Shown: one piece after another, positions 59,093 to 64,000 of the stretch | Position numbering within the stretch: position 1 is the stretch's first letter | How the letters are laid out: each line of letters begins with the position of its first letter | NCBI GenBank assembly: GCA_903813345.2 | Contig: CAIIXF020000001.1 | Coordinates: forward strand, 39,060,001-39,124,000 | Length of the DNA stretch: 64,000 nt | Direction of reading: 5' to 3' | Source: Owenia fusiformis | Taxonomy: Eukaryota | Translations under genes and position numbers: made by a program | Notes under the pieces: model-generated | The model's input: the letters and a program-made list of their open reading frames with translations, nothing else | What the model was told of the DNA's origin: nothing | Database searches by the model: none

Positions 59093-59507
59093 TAACCATG
59101 TGCAAGGATAATTTCTCATTTAGGCAGGTATTTCTACTTTATCCAAGCACTTTGAAAAATACAAGAAGCATCTAAGAGCATAACGAGTCACAAAAATAAT
59201 TTCTCATTTAGGTAGATATCTTTACTTATTCAGGCACTTTGAAAAATATAAGAAACATCTAAGAGCATAACGAGTCGCAAAAATAATTTCTCATTTAGGT
59301 AGATATTTTTACTTATTCAGGCACTTTGAAAAATACAAGAAGCATCTAAGAGCATAACGAGTCGCAAAAATAATTTCTCATTTAGGTAGATATTTTTACT
59401 TATTCAGGCACTTTGAAGAATATAAGAAACATCTAAGAGCATAACCAGGCGTAAGGATAATTTCTCATTTAGGTAGATATCTTTACTTTATCCAGGCACT
59501 TTGAAGA
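59093..59507. repeat. About 85-86-bp minisatellite, right part (downstream of the LINE)
   Basis: About 5 copies of the same unit as 55054-55247. Confidence 0.88.
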
Positions 59508-60582
59508 AAGTACAAGAACTCTGCAAAGTAGCTTATCCAACCCAACAAAACATATCTTATTACTCCTCATTTTGAACATTGCAGGAAAGATATAACCAGG
59601 CTTTAATACTGTCTCCTTTTGGCAAAATCTACATCCATGACATATTCTTTCTAGAGTAGAAGTGCTTTAGTGACAGTATGGACCAAATCAGATATCAGAA
59701 CATGCGTTATCAGAAAAATGATATTTCTTCTGAAGAATGGTGGCAATTTGAGCTTTGTTCCTATGTTATATCAATATAATATAATGTATAGCACTCAAAA
59801 ATTTGAGCAAAATGATTTATTGTTTTACTACTAAACCTGTATACAGTGAATACATTTGGTGCCACAAAAAGTGTTCAGTGTAAGAATTGGTACTCATTAA
59901 AGCAGTGTTCACTAAGAATACACTGAACACCTTTCACCCCAAATAACTCCAATATTATTTGAGTTAATAACCAGACAAATGGAAAGAGAGACAGCTTCAT
60001 TACTCCAGTTTTTATTTCATAAAATTGATCATTAGAAAGGGACACAGCAGAATAAAGATGCATTATGCTGAGCCCAATAGAATGATCTATCCCCATGTAT
60101 CAGTACTCTTTCATAAGACTTTGTAACACAACACTGACATTATCAGTAGTCTAGTTTAACAATCTATGTCAAGTAAATGTCACTGCCAGAGCCAATTGTG
60201 ACATGTAATCGTAAAAGCACTTCAGGTCTAGATAATGGCAAATCCAGTAACAATCCAATAACAAATTCTATTAAACAAGGGAAAATGAATTCTAAAGGTT
60301 AATCTGAAGAAACAATTGTTTTCATAATTGATTTACATATTTTCTGCAGCATGAAACACTGCACAAAATATTGGTAAAATGTAAGATGTAGAAAAAAATT
60401 CTTTAAATAGTTTCTTCTTTTTAGCATTTTCTCAACAGTACTGCAATGATGCATGATTAATTTGTCTTGTCTTTTACCATGTCACTCATACTACAAATAC
60501 AAATGTCAGTGACTTTAATTATGGAGTAATATGAACTCTAATAGTCTCTAATAAGATGCATTTCTACAAACTGTTTAACTAG

Positions 60583-60729
60583 CAGGGCGATAACCAGGGG
60601 GGGATTCAAGCACTTTTCTGAGCACTTTTCAACTGATTTTAGCCATTTTTGCCAAAATTGTCAAACATGAACCCCCCAGGAATTTTTCAAAAAGTGAACC
60701 CCCCTTGGCAAATCCTGGCTACAGGCCTG
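60583..60729. mobile_element. CAGG...CCTG mini-element (hAT-like), 5-bp TSD
   Basis: Ends cagggcgataaccagg / cctggctacaggcctg; TSD actag; body similar to 43932-44114. Confidence 0.75.
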
Positions 60730-61421
60730 ACTAGTATATTCCTTCAGTCATGAAATACCTTAATGGATCAATATAGTATTCTAAAATTATATCTTCCTCT
60801 TAGCTGCACAATTTATTGTACTTTAAAACAGGAACATGGGACTATATTACTAAACAAGTGGATATCTTTATTCATTAGCAATTTTCTTGAAACGCTGATT
60901 GGTGTAAAAGAGAATCACTGTGAAGATACAATCAATTCAATAGCTTTCATTCTGGATTTTTCTGACTGAATACAAAGTATATGTGTAATATAGAATTATT
61001 CCACTAAGTTCAAAACAGCTAGCTATTAAGGCACTTTTGAACCAATCAGCAAATTTTATGATTTTCTCAAGATATGAATTACCAGCTAGCTTAATATTCA
61101 TTTTGTTGTACCATCAATAAAAAATTAATAACTATATAATAATCAGAATCTGAGAGATGGTATTATATACAGTATATGTAGATAAATAAACGAGAATTGC
61201 GCCTCCCTATGTATGGGTACCAAAAGTGTCGCAAAATACCTCTTTAAGGTTGATGCTGTTACGAGATTACTATTGCCCTTCATTTCTGCATCTTTTACAA
61301 TTTCCTCCATAAGGCAACCATTAAAGACAAACACATACAAGTAGACACACTCTTTAACTATAGCAATGATGAAATGGTTGAAAAAATCCTTTTCCCTTTT
61401 GAGATGATTGCTTTGTCTTAA

Positions 61422-62251
61422 AGTCCCCGTCTAAAGTTTGAAAATATTTTTTTATCATTCATTTACTATTTGTCAGGACTTAAAAAATGATTTTAGAGAT
61501 TTTTGAACAAAAAATCTTTTTTGAAAAAAAAGTTGTGAGCATTTCATTTCTCAAATATTCAAATTTCCCACCATTTTTCAAAAAAGTTGAAATTTCTTAA
61601 TCATCAAATATTTCTTAATGCATTTCAAAAAAGATTATATTTTTAACACCAATGCAAAGATCGAACAAAAGACACACTATTTCAATAATAAAATGTCATA
61701 TTTAATGGGCCACTTCAATATTTTAGCTTATCAAAAATATTTTGAAACATTAGTGATGTCACTAAGGTAACAAAAACTTATTGAAAAAAATTGAATTTTT
61801 TTTCAATGTCAATCTTTTCTAAATATGCTAGACTTTCATAAAAAACCAATGTTGATTGTCTAACCAGGTAAAAAGGAAGAATAAATTATGTTTTAGATAT
61901 CATTGTACCATTGGTTTCTATGAGAACTAAAATTTTGAAATGCATTTTTCTCAGAACCATTTTCATGCACTGAGAAGTTCATTTCTCGCTTGTTTATCAA
62001 CCGATTTTCTTAATTTTTTCAGCAAAAAATATATATAAATGTATGCTATGCATTGGTATGAATTGTGGCTAATTAGAAGATATGAGTGACCTCTAAAAGT
62101 TGGTTTTAAATAAATTCACAAATTTTGGAACAAAAAGTCTATCAAAAACCACTTTTTGAAATAAAAAAGAAAAGTTTCACATATCACACTTTGATAACAT
62201 TGGGTAAGACCACAATATAAGCCAAAGTGGTTTAAACTTTACATGGGGCCT
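61422..62251. mobile_element. TTAA-flanked non-autonomous element (Kolobok-like), longer copy
   Basis: ttaa|agtccccgtctaaagttt ... aaactttacatggggcct|ttaa; same family as 24358-24735. Confidence 0.75.
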
Positions 62252-62530
62252 TTAAACCTTTACTGATGATTAAATTTTCAAAATATTCATAAGCCATTGT
62301 GGAACCTCTAAAAGCCATGTTTAAACTGAGGATTGAACATTTTTCCAGGACTTTCAAGTTGAAAGAATGGTGAATTAATGCTCATTCCATAAAGGAAAGT
62401 CAAAATATTCCTAGAAGCATTTAAATTCTAATCCTACGCAAATTTGAAATACAAGTTTATCAGTAATGCATGGATGTCAGAGAACAATCCAGATCTATAA
62501 CAGGTTGCAATGGGGATTTCATCAATGAGA

Positions 62531-63442
62531 AACTAGAAAAACAGCAACTCCATGCACGGAGTACCAAATCCCACAGAACAAAACATATTTTGCTTATTAG
62601 TGGCCATCTTGAAAATTCCTTCTTGAGCAGAGCTTGTTTTTCCCCTGGCATCAACATATAAAATGTAAACCATATCCATCAATTAGCATTTGAGTTATCA
62701 AAGATTATATTCCTTTTGTGTCCCTATGCATCAGCATATAAAATAACCAAATGGAAAGAGAGACAGCTTCATTATACTCTTAGTAGTTTTTATATTATAA
62801 AATTGTTCATTTGAAAGGGACATGGTAGAATAAAGGTATATAATGGTGAGCCCAAAAGAATGATAGTTGATACCATCTTTCTCGAACAGAGCTACTGTGT
62901 CCCTAGGTATCAGCATATAAAATTTCAAAAAATCAATCCACTGCTATCTGAGTTATCAAAGATTACACTTTTTACGAAAAATGGCCGCCATTTTGATATT
63001 TGGCAGCCATTTTGAAAATCTCTTCTTCAGGGTAGCTTCTTTGTCCCTAGGCATTACCATATAAAATTTGAACCAAATCCTTCAACTAGTATTTCAGTTA
63101 TCAAAGATTACATTTCTTACGAAAAATGGCCGCCATTTTGGTAATTAGCAGATATTCTAAAAATCTCTTCTTCAGCGTAGCTCCTTTATCCCTAGGCATC
63201 AGCATATGAAATTTGAACCAAATCCGTCAACTAGCATTTGAGTTATCAAAGATTACGTTTTTTATAGAAAATGGTGGCCATTTTGAAATTCAGCCGCCAT
63301 CTTGAAAATTCTTTCTTGAACAAATCTACTTTGTCCCCAGGCATCATCATATAAAATTTGAACCAAATCCATTAACTGGTATTTCAGTTATCAAAGATTA
63401 TGTTTCCTTTCCTATATCCCCCTCGAACGAGGGGTGGGATAA
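62531..63442 (+). mobile_element. Second copy of the HINE/DINE-like family with 145-bp repeats
   Basis: Same head (aactagaaaaacagcaactcc..caaatcccac), 145-bp period (62976, 63121, about 63267) and tail tatatccccctcgaacgaggggtgggataa. Confidence 0.7.
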
Positions 63443-64000
63443 ATATGTAATTTTCTTTGCCTAATATCTGCTTAAATGTGTCTGTCTTGATTGTGAAATC
63501 AAATGTGCTAAAAACAGGTATTGTAAAGATTTAAGTTTGTCAAGGTCTTTGGAATTTGTCCAAGAAACTAATAAAACTACAATGTCTCATTCTGATACTC
63601 ATAGTATCTTTCTGTTTCACCTGAAACATGCTCTGATATTATGAGGCATATTCTGTGATCCGAGCACATCAGATGGGAAGAGTCATAACTGTCAATAAGT
63701 GTGATAGTTATCATGTAATCATTTACCTTAATGTCAATACATTACATAATATGCATTGTATTTAACAGCAGATATTAGCACAGGCACATGTACACAAATT
63801 TAATGACCCCAATTAGATGAAATATGAGCTGGGATGAAAGATCTCAAAAATCATCAATTTATGGCTCTCCTGGATCGCCAAATAAGCTCATTATATCATG
63901 GCATCTCAGGGCTGAGAAGAAATGAGATGTCATGGTTTATCATGATGACAATGTCTAGTCATTTCTATAGTTCAGAGCACCTTAACATCCCATAAGAGAG

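Noticed and set aside
55986..59119. Minus-strand ORFs within the LINE
   Set aside because: Antisense shadows of the A-rich ORF2.
59600..64000. Further 5' exons of the cytokine receptor (for example PEVLLRLHVTIGSGSDIYLT* near 60150-60230, and segments near 62350-62530 and 63450-63615)
   Set aside because: The candidate segments contain in-frame stops or lack compatible splice sites. The N-terminal exons are probably outside the window or were not recognised.

Overview
AT-rich, intron-rich metazoan (probably invertebrate) genomic DNA. Three host genes could be reconstructed exon by exon from GT-AG junctions with consistent phases. (1) ORC4, minus strand, 12 coding exons, 2118-10763, about 432 aa. 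(2) RNF113A/Cwc24, plus strand, 9 coding exons, 15346-21193, about 316 aa, divergent from ORC4. (3) A Domeless/gp130-like class I cytokine receptor, minus strand, 15 visible exons, 28656-54765, with a WSEWK motif, FN3 repeats, one TM helix and a Tyr-rich tail; its 5' exons were not found. Introns and intergenic DNA are full of mobile and repetitive DNA. These include an apparently intact DD34D mariner with unusually long TIRs and a spliceosomal intron in its transposase, a 6.8-kb decayed intron-containing piggyBac, and a 3'-truncated L1/Tx1 ORF2 that sits inside a minisatellite and is itself split by a MITE. There are also several MITE families (TA, TTAA, AAT and 5-bp TSDs), Helentron-like elements and minisatellite/satellite arrays. 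The most notable host-gene oddities are in the receptor: a coding-looking C-terminal extension in a shifted frame, tandemly duplicated splice donors after the juxtamembrane exon, and in-frame minisatellites directly behind two ectodomain exons. All calls come from reading the sequence; no database searches were run.
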